Origin: Zygnema circumcarinatum SAG 698-1b
Lineage: Eukaryota > Plantae > Zygnematophyceae
Assembly (NCBI GenBank): GCA_037447605.1
Contig: CM074812.1
Coordinates: 248,001-312,000, forward strand
Reading direction: 5' to 3'
DNA: 64,000 nucleotides
Every line of letters begins with the position of its first letter. The first letter of the stretch is position 1. The position numbers were made by a program, and so were the translations under genes. This document shows, piece after piece, positions 47,518 to 62,335 of the stretch. The notes beneath the pieces are model-generated. The model was not told the DNA's origin. It did no database searches and worked only from the letters and a program-made list of their open reading frames with translations.

Positions 47518-48554
47518 CGGTCAGATGGTACCTGAGGCAAGATCGGTGGAAGTGGTAAACACTGCGGCGGCGTGAGAGCGATCCAGCGAGATCATCGATA
47601 CGTAGTAAACAAAAGCGGTTCTTTGCGGTGATCTTGTTGAGTCTTGGCGATAATCAATGCCGCATCCTGTGAGCCATCTTTTCTTCCCAACAAACAAGAT
47701 GGGCGCCCCAAAGGGGCTCGGGCGGGTTATCCGGCCCTTTAAATGAAGTTGCCAGGCTGCTTTTCGCGTCTCCTCAGTTTCTTTTAGGGCTTAAGCGTCG
47801 TCGGCGCGTAAAGGCGGCCACCTTTCCGGGCTTTCAGAGGTTGTGTAACCCTTCTGCGATGGTGGCAACCCTCTTGGAAGGTCGTCGAGGGAAAACATCG
47901 CTGAAGCTGCGTCAACGAGGGTTGGATTTTGGGTGGAGCGGCGAGAGCACATCGTAGATGTGATCTGCGTTCTTGATCTTAAGGTCATGAGCATCCTCGA
48001 TTGGTACGCCATGACATGCACCATGAGCAGTGCAGCACTTCTTTAAACTGAAGGCTTTGGCCAATTCGTAAATTTGAGCCACGGATAAGGAGTAGCGGTA
48101 GCGATGGCGAGAGGATGTGGCTCTGCCCGAGTGCCGAGGGTAAGCACTTTATCGCGGCTATGCGCGAGAATGCAATGTCGGAACCGAGAAAAGTCCATTT
48201 TGTGCTTTGACCATGGTTAACGAAGCACTCCCAGAAATAACATCGTACCGGAGGCCAGTTGTGTCGAGGAAGACACTTCCTTTGCCGGTAAGTTGGAGCT
48301 TGATGCTTGAGTGTGGCGATGCGGAGATGCGGCCTTCGTCCATCAGCGAAAGTAACACTACGAGATAGGGGATACGTAATTGATTAAGCTTCTGGGTGAA
48401 TCACGAGAGCTAACAAAGTTAGCATACGCTGATGCTCTAGCGATATATGGCGCGGTGGCCGATGGCTGAGCGGAAGTGAAGGTCGTAGCGCGATGGGCCA
48501 AGTTGGAACATGGAGAAGTAAGCACTATATCTCAGAAGGTTGAGGGGCAGTTGT

Positions 48555-51500
48555 TGTTGGTGGAGGCACTCCTCATTTAACTGTGCGGCTTCTCCCACTA
48601 GCATCACCTTCCATCCCGGAGTTAGCGTTCCGTCGATGATGACATTTCCCAAACTCTCCACGTTCACTCACTTAGCCCATTTTACTCCACGGTAGATATC
48701 ACGGCCCGAAATCTAGCCCCTTGGTAGTGCTTGTATGATCACTTGAGAGTTCGGCAAAGAGAGAGGGAGAGAAGCAGTGGGGGAGCAGCGGGGACGGGCG
48801 TGCAGCAAACAATGCGGTACATGTTGGTTGGGTGGCGGCGATCACCCACGCCTATCGCTTCCCGTTGAACCTCTACCGGCGTGGAAGTTGGAGGCGAGGG
48901 CACAATCCCGATGGCAAGCTGCCGTGGCAAGGTGGCCACAACGTCACGAATGCTCACCCGCGCGATATTAAGCGGCCCAGCAGCCTTGCTTGCATGCGTC
49001 ACGTCGGTCTGCAGTCAGCGGAGCCCTACAGCAGCGCGGGAGCCCGACCGGCCCGATGTCAAGCCACCATCGAGGGTAACGAATTAACATGTGGGCGGGC
49101 GCTGAAATTCAAAAAGAGGATGCAGGCGTGGCGAGGATCTATCGCTGAGACGGATTAGTCACGAGTGATGCGTCAGCAGCAGTCCCTCCTCTGGTGAGGA
49201 GGGAGGGGACCTTGGCTTGTGGCGATGGGGCCCATAAGTTATGTGGCGGCCATTTGGTGAACCGAGTTCAAGGTTGAACTAGGACCTCCCGCGTGATAGA
49301 TCCCTTAGGGTATCCGATGCTCCAACGTTAGAATGCTGCATTGGATGGAAACATAGCCCGCGCGGGCTCTAAGTAACCCTTCCCCTTGGAATTGTGTAGC
49401 GTTGCGCTACATTACTCCCCCAATGAGAACAGACGCCTGGAATTCCGCGTGTGTGAGTAGTAAAGGCGGCCTAAGTAGTTTCAGCGGCAGGCGTGAACTC
49501 TGCGTGATGTAGGGAGGGCTGTGATAATCACGGTCAAGTCCGCCTTTTCGAGTTCTTGGCGTGGGCGGCAAGGTACGCCTGGCAAATACTCTGGCGGCTG
49601 TACTCGCGTCTGAAGTTGATGAGCTCACGGCAATTGGTTAAGTTGCCCTCGGCTTCCCATGTGCTATGTTCAACCCCATAGCCCAACCACTTCACGAGGT
49701 ATTCGTGACGGGAAGATCGACCCTTGCTCACAAGACGGTGGGCTTGAATGGTTTCAACTAAGCGCCAAGTTCACCTTGAGTTCCAACGCGGTGCGGGGAA
49801 GGTGGTTGGATCACTCCCGTACATTTCACGGTAGACCTTTAGCAAGCCCATGAAAAGGCGGATGCACCTTCATGTGGGATGAAATTATCAACTTTATTAG
49901 CGACATCATTGGTCGCTTCCGACCACGGAAGAGGTCGATGAAGCCGAGACCCACGGCTTCGTGTTCATACATAGCTTTGAGTCTCCAGATTCGTAAATCT
50001 TAGCAGCACCTCGCCGCCGTTGAAGGTGAGTTGAATACCGGTAATGATCGACTCGACGCTTTAGCCGGCGGGCATTTAGCGAGAATACTGCCCAGGTGCC
50101 CTACTGCGGCGCCTCGGACATTAGTCGGACAAAGATCATTGCTTGGCGGGGAGGTTGAGTCCCATCGTCCCTCTCGGCTTCGAGGATGCGGGGTTTTCTG
50201 TGGGCGCTGCATGTTCCCGCGGTCGGTGATCCCTTGGATTGCGAGGGGATTTAGAGGATCTTGGCCAAAATTCAGAAGAAGGGGTGGTACAATGGACTCA
50301 CGGTAAGCATTATTGATGGCATACTCGACCCTTTGGGGCTGATTCGTCCCACCATGGGAGTAGGTCCACATAATGCCGGAGGCCAATCTCAGGGATCTGT
50401 TCACCGTTCGCGTCGGCCATCCAGTTTGCGGGTGGAAAGTACGTACTCAGCGCTGCTTGGTCCCCGACGATTTTGGTACTTAGTCAAAATGGCGGTGAAT
50501 GCGTGGATCGGTCCGGACACAATTTACGGTGAAGACCATCTTTGGCTCCTGCGCTGTCAGCATTACAACCGTCGCGATCGCAAATTAGGCCCGGTGATCT
50601 TAGTAGTTGGTTGCAAAATGTCACCCGTCTTCTTTGCGCCGTCGACAAAACGAGGATGGAGTCATACTTACGGTGTCACAAAAGAAGATCGCTGATCAGA
50701 GTCCGTACCTGGTATCCATTTCGAAAAGGAGGTGTGAGGGTGCCGGCGGGCGAGGATCTGCCGGTGCGGGGTTTGTTTGCGTTGGCAGGGGTGAATAGCG
50801 AGTACATAAACTGCCATCCCACCGAGTCGAGGACACCAGAACTCGGGAGGCGATTGCGTGGCGGGTTTTGGCAGCTCCATGTGACCTCGATGCGGAGGAT
50901 CATGTAGCTCACCCGAGAATGGTACGTAAATGCCGATCCCGACGCCCAGGCGCGACCAACTGGCGCAGTGGAAGTAGTACGGGAATCGTCCTTAGACACC
51001 ACTTTGTCATATAGCCATTACATGGCCATCGAGACGGATCACCCGATATACCCCTCTGGATCATACATGCGAAATCCGGAGAAGCGAGGAGGGTTGAAAC
51101 TAAATCGCTGGTGGAGGGATCTATGACAAAGCATCTTGGAGAGCCTTGAGGACGCTTCGGGGTTGGTAGGCCTCACCTGCATCATCTCGTTCCTGACACT
51201 TTCGAATTAGGCGAAGCACCATCGAGGCCAGATCGCAGAACGCTACCGATTAAGGTTTGCTTTCACGATTCGGCGCAGGGCGATAAACCCAGCGGCGGTC
51301 AAACCTTTGGAGGAACTCGGAACCCGGCGTGCACGCCGCTGAGCGAGTGCGATTGGGTTGAGAGGAGCGTCGTGAAGCGGTGGTCGGTGACCCGGCGTGA
51401 CGCGCTTTAAGCCTAAATAGCGCCTGCCGTGTCACCGAGGGCGTGATGGACCCATGCAGGTTCTTGTTACGATGAGAATAGTTAGCTTCGGCGGTTCATT

Positions 51501-54500
51501 TAGAACTTTAAATACCGCCCGAAGGTTGGCCATCACGAGCGAGCGGCACCAAAGGCGAATCGAAGCATCACAAACCACTTCATAAAGGTTTGGGCCGGGT
51601 CGCTAAGCGGAAGTAAGGTGTATAGTGGCTTGAGAATGCGTAAGCGCCGCGCGCCGAATCGTCACGGCGTTGAGGGGGTCCATGTAAAGGGGACACCGGA
51701 ACGTGTCAAATTAGTCAAGGGAGTAACCAACTTACTAAACCCTTGGATGAACTTACGAAAATAATTCGCAAAGCCCAGAAAAGACCTCAACTGATGCAAG
51801 TCAGTCGGTGGTGCCCAAGTTTCTACCGCTGAAACTTTGGCAGGGTCAGGCCGAAGGCCCTGATCATTGAGAATATGCCCAAGATAAAGCAACTCTCGTT
51901 GCATGATGTGACACTTCTTCCTCTTGGCATATATTTGGTGTTTCCTCTGGGTCTCATACACTTTCCGAACATGTTCAAGTTGTTCCTCCTCCGTCTTACT
52001 GAAGACAAGGATATCATCGAGGTAAGAAGCAAAACAAGCTTCGTCCATGCTATGAACATCTGGATTCATCCCGCGGCCTGGAAAGTCAGCAGGAGCATTA
52101 GTCAATCAAGGGCAACACCTTATATTGGAAATGACCAATGTTAGGAGCGCGATTTTTGGCACATCGAACTAGTGGCCTTGGTCGATGATACCCACGAAAG
52201 CGAAGATCAAGTGATGTAATGTGAACACTTTGGCTGGCGGTGAAGGCGATCCCGACCAGCAGATCATCGTCTGGTAAAAACAAATCGATTCTTTCTGATG
52301 ATCTTGTTGAGTGTAGCGATGTCGATGCATCCCTCAACAGCGAACCATCTTTTCTTCCCGACAAAGCCGGGTGGGCGCCCCAAAGGGGCTCATTTGGAGT
52401 TACATCCACGGCCCTTTTCCGCGTAAAGTTGCCAAAGCGCTTTCGCATCCTCTCGGTTTTCCTTGGGACTTAACCGATGATCGGTAGCCAAAGCTGACTT
52501 TGCTTTCCAGGAAGCTCAAGAGGATTGTATTGCCACACCTCTGATGGTGTGACCCTCTTGGAAGGTCGTCGGGGAAGACATCGAACTCATTCAGAGGTTG
52601 GATCTAGAGACGGAGCGGCGGGAGCACATCCGTAGATGTGGTCTGCCATTCTTGATCGCCGTCACCAGACATCACCGATGGAAACGCCATGACATGCACC
52701 GTGAAACGGTGCAACCCTCCTTCTTGCCTTGGCCATTTGCATAGCGGCGAGATAAGGAATATCAACTCTTATTACTTGCCCGGTGGATGTGGACTTACCC
52801 GGGTGTGTAGTGTAATGATGCGCCCTATTTGGCTGTGCGAGAATGCGGTGTGGGATGGAAAAATCGGTGGGCTTTTGACGTAGTTAACAAGCCTTTCCCC
52901 AAAATAACATCCGTTAGAGGCGGTTGTATGAGAAGGCGCTTCTTTGCCGGGAGTAGGATTGGAGCTTGATCTTGAGTGTGTGATGCGGAGATCTGGCGCT
53001 AGCGTCCATCCCGAGAAAGTAACACTTTTGAATGGGGATCATGGTCAGCAAACCTCGGGTGAGCCAAGGAACTAACAAAAAGTAGCATACGCTTGATATC
53101 TAGCGGTAGAAGCTGGCTGGGTGGCCGATAGGCGACTGGAGTGAAGGTCTCATGGCTTACGTGATGGGCAGATGGAACATAGATGCGTATATCGCGGTTG
53201 AGGAATGACCGTCCTCCACACCAATGTGTAGGGTGAGCCAACCAGCAAGCTGGTGGATCCTTCCATCTCTTGCACCAACGAGTGCCCTTTCCTCAACTGT
53301 TTCACCAACCGCCAAGTGGCGTTGGGAAAAGTCTGGCTTGCCAATCTTTGAGGAACCCGGCAATGCGGCCAAGTGTGGGAAGTATCATAGGAACAAGCAA
53401 GGCATACATGGCGTCTCATCAGAACATACCATCCCCATGACATTGAGAATTGAAACATGCCACTAGCCGCGCATCAGCCATCCACCACCGCATAAGCCTA
53501 GAGTCACCGGCGGTGGCGGGGAAAAGGACATGGAATCGGGGAAGCGCATGACACACAGCGAGATGCGTGCACCCCGAGGTCTGCCCGGCAAGTTAAAGCA
53601 TGTGGTGGACCTAAGCCACAAAAGTCCCTTAACATTGACGGCAACTGTCCTCCCATCCCCTAACCTGCTTACTCCACCAGCAGCGACTCCTAAACTGCTG
53701 GTGGGTTGGGGTTTTCCGGCCCCTTGCCCTTCCTGTCCTTGGAGTTCAGAGGGCAATCTCGGGCCTTATGCCCCTCCTTGCGGCAACGGAAACACTTGTT
53801 CTCCCGCTGCATCTTCTCCATTTCCTCTGGAGTCAACTTCTGCGGCCGTGCAGTGGGTGGGCGGGCAGCCATTTCCGGCTGCTTCCGCTTGTTCTTTCCT
53901 GCCAGTTTGGCAGGAGCTGAGGGTCCCGCCTTCCACGGCCCTGTCACGTCGCCCGACTGGGGTGGGAAGGGGTGCATAAGCCTGCGGCCGGTGTGTGAAT
54001 GGTACGCATCAAAGTCTGATTTCCAGTCGTGAGGGTCAGCGGTTTTGAGTGGAGTGGTTAGTTTCGCTAAAATTTTGCTTTCTCGGTGTGGCCGAGCCAT
54101 TCTGAAGTGGAAAGAACTTCGACTGTCCGGGGCTTGTGAGTGGTGATCACGAGCACCACTTGTCGCGGAGTCTTTCCTTGAAGCGCTTGGCGGCCCATTG
54201 CTTAGAGTTTTGGACCATGTTGCGAAACTTATCCGGGCCTCCAAAGCTAGGGATCAAGATCCCAAAGTGTTTGATAAGTTCATCTGAACTTAGCCCCAAT
54301 AAATCCCCGATCTCATGAGGAAGAGGCCTCCTTACACCCATTGTCTGGCTCCTCACGAGTCTTTGGAAATAGCAAAGCTTACCTTTGGAGAGAGAGGCGG
54401 TTGGTCTGAAGGTAGCCCTTCGTTTGACCCAACCACTGCTCAATCGAGCAGTCCGTGGTAGGATGTTCGCCCTAAAAGGAAAGCGGGGCCACTTTGGCCC

Positions 54501-57500
54501 GATTCCGTCGGGCATCCTCAGTAGGTTGCGGGGGAGCAGTCCGAGGACTGGGATCTCCCCCGCCCCCAGCAGCTGCCCCAGACGGGGGTCCCCCACTGCT
54601 GGGTGGTTCGTCACCCCCGTGGGGGTGACTACGCCAGAGTGGAAAATCCGGGGGTGGGACTTCTAGAGTACGCCCGTGACGCCCGATTTGAAGGCGTCGG
54701 AGCCGGGGCGGCGGCTAGGAGATGGTTTTGCTACTGGCCTTCCCGAGGACTGCTTGCGTCCACTTGCCTCTACGGCCGAGGAGGTTAGGGGCATGCCTTC
54801 TGCGATCCTCAGAACTGTCCGCCAGGCCGAGACTCCCATTGGAGCGTGTCCCTGGCGGCGGACGTGAGCTACATGGCCGTCCACACGCCTGCGATACGAG
54901 GCCATGGTGGCGGCAGCGGCTCAACACTGCACCCATCCGCTCTCCCGGTTAGGTCGATCTTCTTCTCATCTTGAGGCGCCCAGAGTGATGTGGGCCCGAT
55001 CGTAAGGATACGTGGCGGATTACTTGAGGCGGCCCGGCTCGGTGAAGGCGGCGATCACGGATGACCTTGGTCGCTCCAGTGGGCTGGGCCAGGCCCCTCC
55101 CGTAGAGGATGGCGCGGTCTCGATGTCTCCTCCATCACCTGCCGTCGAGGAGCGGTGGTGGAGGTGAGCCCCGAGGGCCCCAGGTCCCTACGGCGCGGCG
55201 AGTGGTCCTGCATGACCCAGCGGTTCCTTCCCAAAAGAAACGAAACCGGCTACGTGCAAATGTCACGGCCCGAAATCTAGCCCCTTGACCCGTGCCTTGT
55301 CGATCCCGCCGAGTTACGGCAAGAGAGGAGAGAGCGCTTCGAGTGGGGAAGCGGCCGGGGCGGGCGTGCAACCGTATGCCAGTATGTTGGTTGGTGGCAG
55401 CGGTCACCCAGCGCCCTATCGCTTCCCGTTGAACCTCTACCGGCATGGAGATTGGGCGAGAGGCTGTCAATGGCAAAAGCGCCGCGTGTCCCTCTCGACA
55501 CCGCAAAAGTGGGAAGGTATGCTGTCACGAATGCTACGCCCGCATTCAGCGGCCTTTGGCGCCCAGCAACCTTGGCCGCTGGCAGCGCGCCTGCTACGTC
55601 GGTGCCGGTCGAACCTACGGCAGCGCAGGAGCGGCAAGCGATATCGTACCATCAGTCAGCGTTAACAAGCGGACGGGCGGCCGAGAATTCAAAAAGGGGA
55701 TCGGTATGGCCGAGATCCCAACTCAGCGGAGGACGGATTGGTCAGGTAGTGCTTAGATCCAGCCGTATTGATCCTCTCTACAGTGAGGAGGGGGACCTTG
55801 TGGCGTGGGGCCCATAGAGATTATGTGGCGGCCCCACGGGTGAACCAGTTCTTATGGTTCGAACTTAGGACCTCCTTCGTCCTATAGGGTATCCGATGCC
55901 TTAACCGTTAGGTACTGCATTGGATGGAAACATAAAGCCACGCCGGGCTCTAAGTAACCCTTCCCCCTTGTGGTGACTGTAGCGTTTCGCTACAGTGAAC
56001 CTCTCAGAATATGCACAGCGGAATAACAGAGAGAAAAGGATAGGAGAAAGCTCTCGGCTCTAAAACTCCTTAATAATGATCTTAACACCACAATTGAGAA
56101 CCCCTCGGCTAGCCCGATAAACTCAAAAGCCTTGCACCTGTGACACAAGCAGAGTGTAGTGTTAAGCAACTTTCACGAGCAACTGACTTCTCGAGAGTCT
56201 ACAATATAAAATTTCTGGTGGTGATCAGAAGTTAGATAACAACCAAAACAAAACAACACACTATATCACGATGTCACAACATAAAGTTGACACTACCAGC
56301 AGAAGCTCACAACATGGAAGCTGGCGGCCGCCGGGGAATCTATCCCGATCCTCATCTATGGCCGGAAGTCGGATCACCAAATTACCGGCTCACCACGGAT
56401 CCGTCGCGTTTCCTTGATGAGGATCCGACTTCGGCCTCTAAGCTAATCCGTCTTGGGGATCGACCCGCCTCGAGATTGATGGCCGTCAAACTCCGTCGTG
56501 CGCCGACATCGGCGCTCCGTGCAATGATAGATCGCCGACATTTTGGCGCGCGCCATTAAGTCGAATGCGTTCAATCAAAGGTTGGCCTTGGCGCGTCACT
56601 TCGATTTCTTGGTCGCGGCGTGGAGTGCCACATCTTGGTCGGCTCGCGGCAGCGTCGCTCCACGTCACTTTCGATTCGTAAGCAGCGCCTCGTCGCCGAC
56701 TCGCCCACGGCGCATCCACTTCCACCGACCAAATAATCGTGCCGCCGCTACTAACCCGAAGCGCACCGCCTCAGGAAACACACAACACAAACACACAAAA
56801 CTAATGTTCAACAAAACATACTAACTATCATACACTAACAATCCCCTCTTTGGAACTTCTAGTTTTGCATGGGCCCCAGCCCAATCAACCTGCAGTTGAC
56901 TAATAGTGTTTCCCCGCTAGCCCCCTTTGTTAGCATGTCTGCGGCTTGCTCCTTGGTGCCTACGAACTTCACCTCAATCAGGCCCTCCTCGACCAACTCC
57001 GGTACATAATGATGCTTGCCGAATGTGCTTGGTGTTCACTCTTGTGGGTTTCTGGGGTTTCCCACCAGAACTGTCGGCGATTGATTGTCGATGTAAACAA
57101 GTGTCGGTCGTTCCCTCTTGCATTCTTCAAAGAACTGCATGAACCACACTCCTTCCTTCGAAGCATGACAAGCACCCATGTACTCGCCCTCCGTGCTCGA
57201 TAACGCCACCGAGTCCTGCAACTTGGAACTCCACGAAATCGCTCCTCCTCCATTCAGGTAAACGAAACCCGAAGTCGAGCGTGACGTATCGACATCTCCT
57301 CCCCAATCTGAGTCTGTATAGCCAATCACTCTGGTTGGCCCCCTCTCATACCTGATTCCGTAATCGAGCGTCCCCTTCACATATCTGAAAATCCTCTTCA
57401 CTGCCTCCCAATGCTCGAGGCCCGGATTCTCCATGAATCGGCTGGCCGAGCTCACCGCTTTCGCCAAGTCCGGACGCGTTCCGATCATCAAGTACATTAG

Positions 57501-60500
57501 ACTCCCAATCGCGGATCTGTATGGCACTCCGAACATCTTTTGTGCCTCCGCATCCGACGAAGGTGACATCTCATTCGATAGCCTATTGCCGATCTCCATG
57601 GGGTACGGAACACGGCCTAGCATCCTCCATTCGAAAACGGGCAAAGGCACATGAAGCATGCCTTTGACGCAAAACAAGCTTCCATCCTGCCCCTCTTGGT
57701 GCATTTGTGAATCGCCTCTCCGGATCGACATTTTGACATTTGCTGCTTCGTAATTCAGCGCCCGAAGATCGATTCTTTCAGGAGAGCTTACTGGCGATCG
57801 AGATGATGGAGCATAGATCCCCAGCGAACATGATGATGTCTGCCCCACTACTCCTTGGCGGTACGAATGATACGTCACCGAAACGAGCAAGTCCATTCCT
57901 CCTCCAAGATCGTCAATCTTTTTCGTACCGCCTCTCGGCTGCTTCAAAACGTACAGAATATCACTTCGCCCGATCGGCGAGTGATCGCTCCTTCGAGGAC
58001 GACCTTCCCTCTAGAATTCGCTCCATGTAAATCTCTTGGTGAGATCACCATCTGAAGAAATGCCGTCTTGATGTCAGATTGATGAAGCGATGCATTCCTT
58101 CGGCGGCTATGATGAAATCAAGGCTCGAAAGGTGAAACTTTACCCTTTGGAAGCGGCGTCATGTAGTCAATCCCCTCACTGGCGGCCGTATCTTTAAGCC
58201 ACTGCGCCTTGTACTATCCAGCACGTGCGCCTTCTCTTGACTTTGAAGACCCATTTCGCGACCGACTAGCTGCGCCTCGCGAAGGAAAATCCTCGGAAAT
58301 GGCATCTCCGCGATGCGTTCTCGTCCGGTTGTCGATTCGGCTGCTCCATCCCTTGACCAGCATATGCTCGACTCCTGATAGATGCTGGCCTCCCTCAAAA
58401 GGTCACGGCCGAACAGTATCGTAAACGTTGGGCATCTCCCATGAGTCATTGAATCGTGGCGGCTCTCTCTTCGGGTCAGTTGAGTACCGGGGCGAAACGT
58501 CACAGTCGCACCGTGTCTCGACGCTCTGGGGCTGTCTTCGCCCGCCGTCCTCGGGTAAAGTAGAGAGTCCGGGAACAAAACACCCACAGGGGCATGTTAT
58601 TTAACATTGCCTCCACTACCAACGGCTTAAAGATCCTCTGCGAATGCTAGCGGCGTGAAGCTGAGACCGTCTCCTTTGAGTTGCTCCTGCCGCTGGCTGG
58701 GAGGTGAGTGCTTGAAGGGGAATGCGTCTCCGGTATTGGCCATCGCGTGGCTCCTCCGCTGTCGCCTCGAGCGTCTCTCCGTCATCGGCGGCTTCGAGCA
58801 GCCATTTGCCCGGCATTTCAGCTCCTTCATTTGCGGCCGCACGTCTTTGGCACCACTAGCAGCCTTGCCCCGCCTCTCCAAGCTGTTTCTCCTCTGCGTC
58901 TGCGATCTCCGAGGTGATGCTTCCCCGGCCGGAGGTAAGATCCACGAAGGTACGCAGCAGCGGCTACGTGGCAATTTATCTTAAGTAGTTGTAATGTCTC
59001 TCTGCGTCACGGAGAACTTCCAGCCCGGTCGAGGGTTCAACTTTCTGTAGGTGCGGCTGGCGGTGTTGTAGCTTGAAACCGTAATACTCAGCATTTCGAG
59101 GGGTCAAAATTTCTTCTTACAATGGCGCCTTGGGCTGATCGCGATATTGGCCATCCTTGGCATGGAGATCCTCGAGGTGGGGCTGTGGGCTACTCCCCTC
59201 CACATACCCTTTCGGGGACCTGGTCTTTCAGGCTTGACGGACATACATTCACAATGTAGCGGCCGTAGAAAGCGCTTCTCCCCCAAGGAAGCGGAAGGAG
59301 TAATCAACATGGTCACGCGTGTCCCCGATATCATATTCACCTGTTGTTTGCTCCATTCTTCTGGCCTTATTGGGGAATAGGGGCTGAGAATTTGTACTTA
59401 TCTTGGCGGTTCTTGAAGCGCCCGCTTGAATTCCCACGCCGATTTGAACTGCATACACCACATTGTCAGGAACAACGAAAGCCTTGGAAGCAGTCCGTCT
59501 GTCTCCGCTGGTTAAAGCCCGGTCTCGAGGCTCGAAAGCCTCGACACGACTAGCCCCGAGGGTGTGATCCAAATCTTCCTCGAATAATTAGATCAAGGGG
59601 AAGGTGACAGAAGTACCACCGGCTCCGCCCATTTGGTCCTTCGTGTAGCTTGGAGCTCACACTTAAGTCGAATGTACCAATTCCAACTTTTCATTTCGAT
59701 AGGACTGGAGTCTCACTCTTCACCCGAATGGTCTCACAGTAAGCCTTGCCCCTCCACACATTCGGCAAACCCAGCTCCTTCTCTCCGCTACACGGGTCTA
59801 GCCAGCGGGTAGCCCCTACCGATATGACTTCATGCCTGTGGTGTAAGTGACCAAGTCTACGATGCCATACATCTACGGCATTCTCTGAAACTGCATTCAC
59901 CTCCTCATGATTCTCCTCTGCAAATGAAGATAATCTGACCCTCACTCTCTCTTACGAGCAATTTGTCTCCCGGTTCTGAATGGATAGCAGCGCATGACTT
60001 CTCCTCCAAAGCGAACAACATAGCTCCCTTCTTGCGCGCCTACGCTGGCTCCCGCAGGGCATGAAATTCTGCATGAGGGGCGGGGGTGTAAGAAGAACAT
60101 CACCAATGTGCAGTTTCCTGGGCGCCGTCTTCATTGATGATGAGCGTCTCAGAAGGACCATCCTGGGCTCGCCTCTCGTCCACGGTGGCTCCTTCGCTGA
60201 TTCTTTGGAATAGGCTTGGCGAGCCTTCTCCAAGTTGTCGAGGCTTTGGAGAACTTATCGATGTGTCGCACATATGTAGGTAGGCGGAGTCAATACGACC
60301 CGCGGCGAGGGTCCTGCACGAATCCTTCCCACAAAAATCGTGCGCAGGTATTTCCCTGCTGCCCGGCATGGGGATTTGCTCTCAGCGCTGCTACCTTCGC
60401 GATGCGAACTCTGTGACCTCTCTTCTTGCACTTGAAACAAGTGCCGAGCGCCTTCTTCTCCTTCTTGCGGATGAAGTGGCGTTTCCTCCCTTCTCTACGG

Positions 60501-62335
60501 ACTGCTTTGTTCTTGAAGCGATTATTTGGAGTAGTGGCGGTCTTGCCACATATGGCGTCACATTGAGCGTTCTCCTCGGGCTGACTTCAGGGGCGCCTCC
60601 TCCTCTTGACCGGTCAGTGTGCCTTAGCGAGCACCTTCTCTTCTTAGCGTAGGCATCACGAGATCGAATCCTCCTTTTATCCTACGGCAACGTTTCCAGC
60701 GTCGTCGCGAGGCTAAGTAGTCGAGCGTCCTGCCACTTGAAACTTACGAATCTCCGGTAAACCCCTAAGCCCGCTTATCTTGCTAGTGCAAACGTCACTT
60801 GGTTTCCCTAAAGGCTGTAACCTCTCCATCAATCATCAAATCAGGCCATGTAAAAACACAGTTTTACTCCTCTGAAGTCATCTTAAATTCTTTTGCTAGT
60901 ACGAGGTGTAAAGTAGAGCTATAGTCACATTGTCTTTCACATCATACATCTCCCTCTGAACTTGCTTCCACTGTAGCATGAGAGGTTTGAGGATCATCAC
61001 GGCAGGATGGACTTCCTCTTACAGCTCATAACAATCCTGAGTCAGGGGCTTTGTTGTCCTTGGCCTTCCATCGTCTTGGCGCTTGGCGTGGGCACTCATT
61101 CTTTGTTGAGGGCTCAACGGTGGCTTTCCGGCCTTGATCGCCATCAAGCGTACCCAAAAGCGCCCCTTTGCTTGCCCATACCAGCAAAGGCACCAACCGC
61201 CTCCGTCTGCGTACGCGTAATCACGCCCGTCAAATGCGTTATTACGAACCCGAAGCGTGGTCTCAGAAAAGTCACCATGACCTCTGATACCGCCCCGGTG
61301 CGGGTGGAGAACTCCTCACTTCTTTGCCCGGCTTCTCCACTGCATCACGCTTCCATGTCGAGTTAGCGTTCAATCGATGATGACATTTCCCCGAACTCTC
61401 CACGTTTTCACTCTGGCCCATTTTACTCCGCGAGTGAACCTCTGAGAATATGCCACCTGGCCGGAATGCGAGAGAGAAAGGATAGGAAGCTCACCGGCTC
61501 TAAAACTCCTTAATAATGATCTTAACACACCCTGATTGAGAGGGCCCACCGACTAGCCCCGATAAACTCAAAGAAGCCGCATTTACCTCGCGGCCGCGAG
61601 CAGGGTATGAGGTGTTAAGCAGCTGAGCAGCGCGGCTACCGAGAGTCACAATAGCTCGCTGGTGATCCCGAGTTAAAGATAAACAACCAAACAAAAACAA
61701 CACCTTTATATCTTTATGTCACAACTGTCCAGGGACACTACCATACAGCTGAAACTCACAACATGCAAGCGACTGAGATATCCCGATCACTCATCCTGCC
61801 CGTGGATCCTGCGTCGGCTCACCACGGATCCGTCGTTTCCTTGCGTCGGTCAGGCCTTCGGCCTCTAAAGCTAATCCAGCGTCTTGCTTGTAGTAGGATC
61901 GGCCGCCTCAAGGGATTGATGGCCAGCGTCCCGAGGAAACTCGGCGTGGAATTACGCCCGCACCGACATCGGCCAGCTCAGGTACAATGGCTCAGGCCAG
62001 AATGGCAGCCGACACTTGTTTTTGTACGCGCCAGCGTCAAGTCAGAATGTCGTTCAATCAAAAGGTTGGCCAGCGTAGCGTCACTTTCGGTCAGCCCAGC
62101 CTTGGTCGCGCGTAAATTACCACATCTTCAATTAAAACTCGCTGGCGTCCAGCATCTTAAATCCCTTTCCGATTTGTAGCGTGGCGCCCTGCGTCGCCGA
62201 CTCGCTGCGCCCTTTCCACTTCCACCGACCAAATATAAAATGCACTTTACCTTAGCGCGCACACGCCGCCAAAAAAGCACACAACACAAACACACAAAAC
62301 TATGTTCCAACAACATCTTTACTTATAAATACGCT
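48555..62335 (-). mobile_element. Full-length Copia 'C2' (family A relative); its 3' LTR is split by Gypsy D
   Basis: 3' LTR pieces at 48555-48695 and 55995-56840, with the PPT reverse complement directly after 56840. RT/RNaseH ORF 57036-57947 is nearly identical in protein to A. Integrase ~59.1-59.9 kb; gag knuckle GTCFKCKK ~60430; PBS-like CTCTGATAC ~61282; 5' LTR ~61295-62335. Confidence 0.8.
48696..55994 (-). mobile_element. Ty3/Gypsy chromovirus 'D', full length
   Basis: LTRs at 55261-55994 (5') and 48696-49411 (3'); PPT GGGGGAGTAA at 49412-49421. Gag with CFRCRKEGHKARDC (~53750); RT YLDD...LGH...LRSFLGFANYFRKFI (51662-52105); integrase ~50.0-50.9 kb; chromodomain EYLVKWLGYGVEHSTWEAEGNL (49534-49731). 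Confidence 0.88.
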
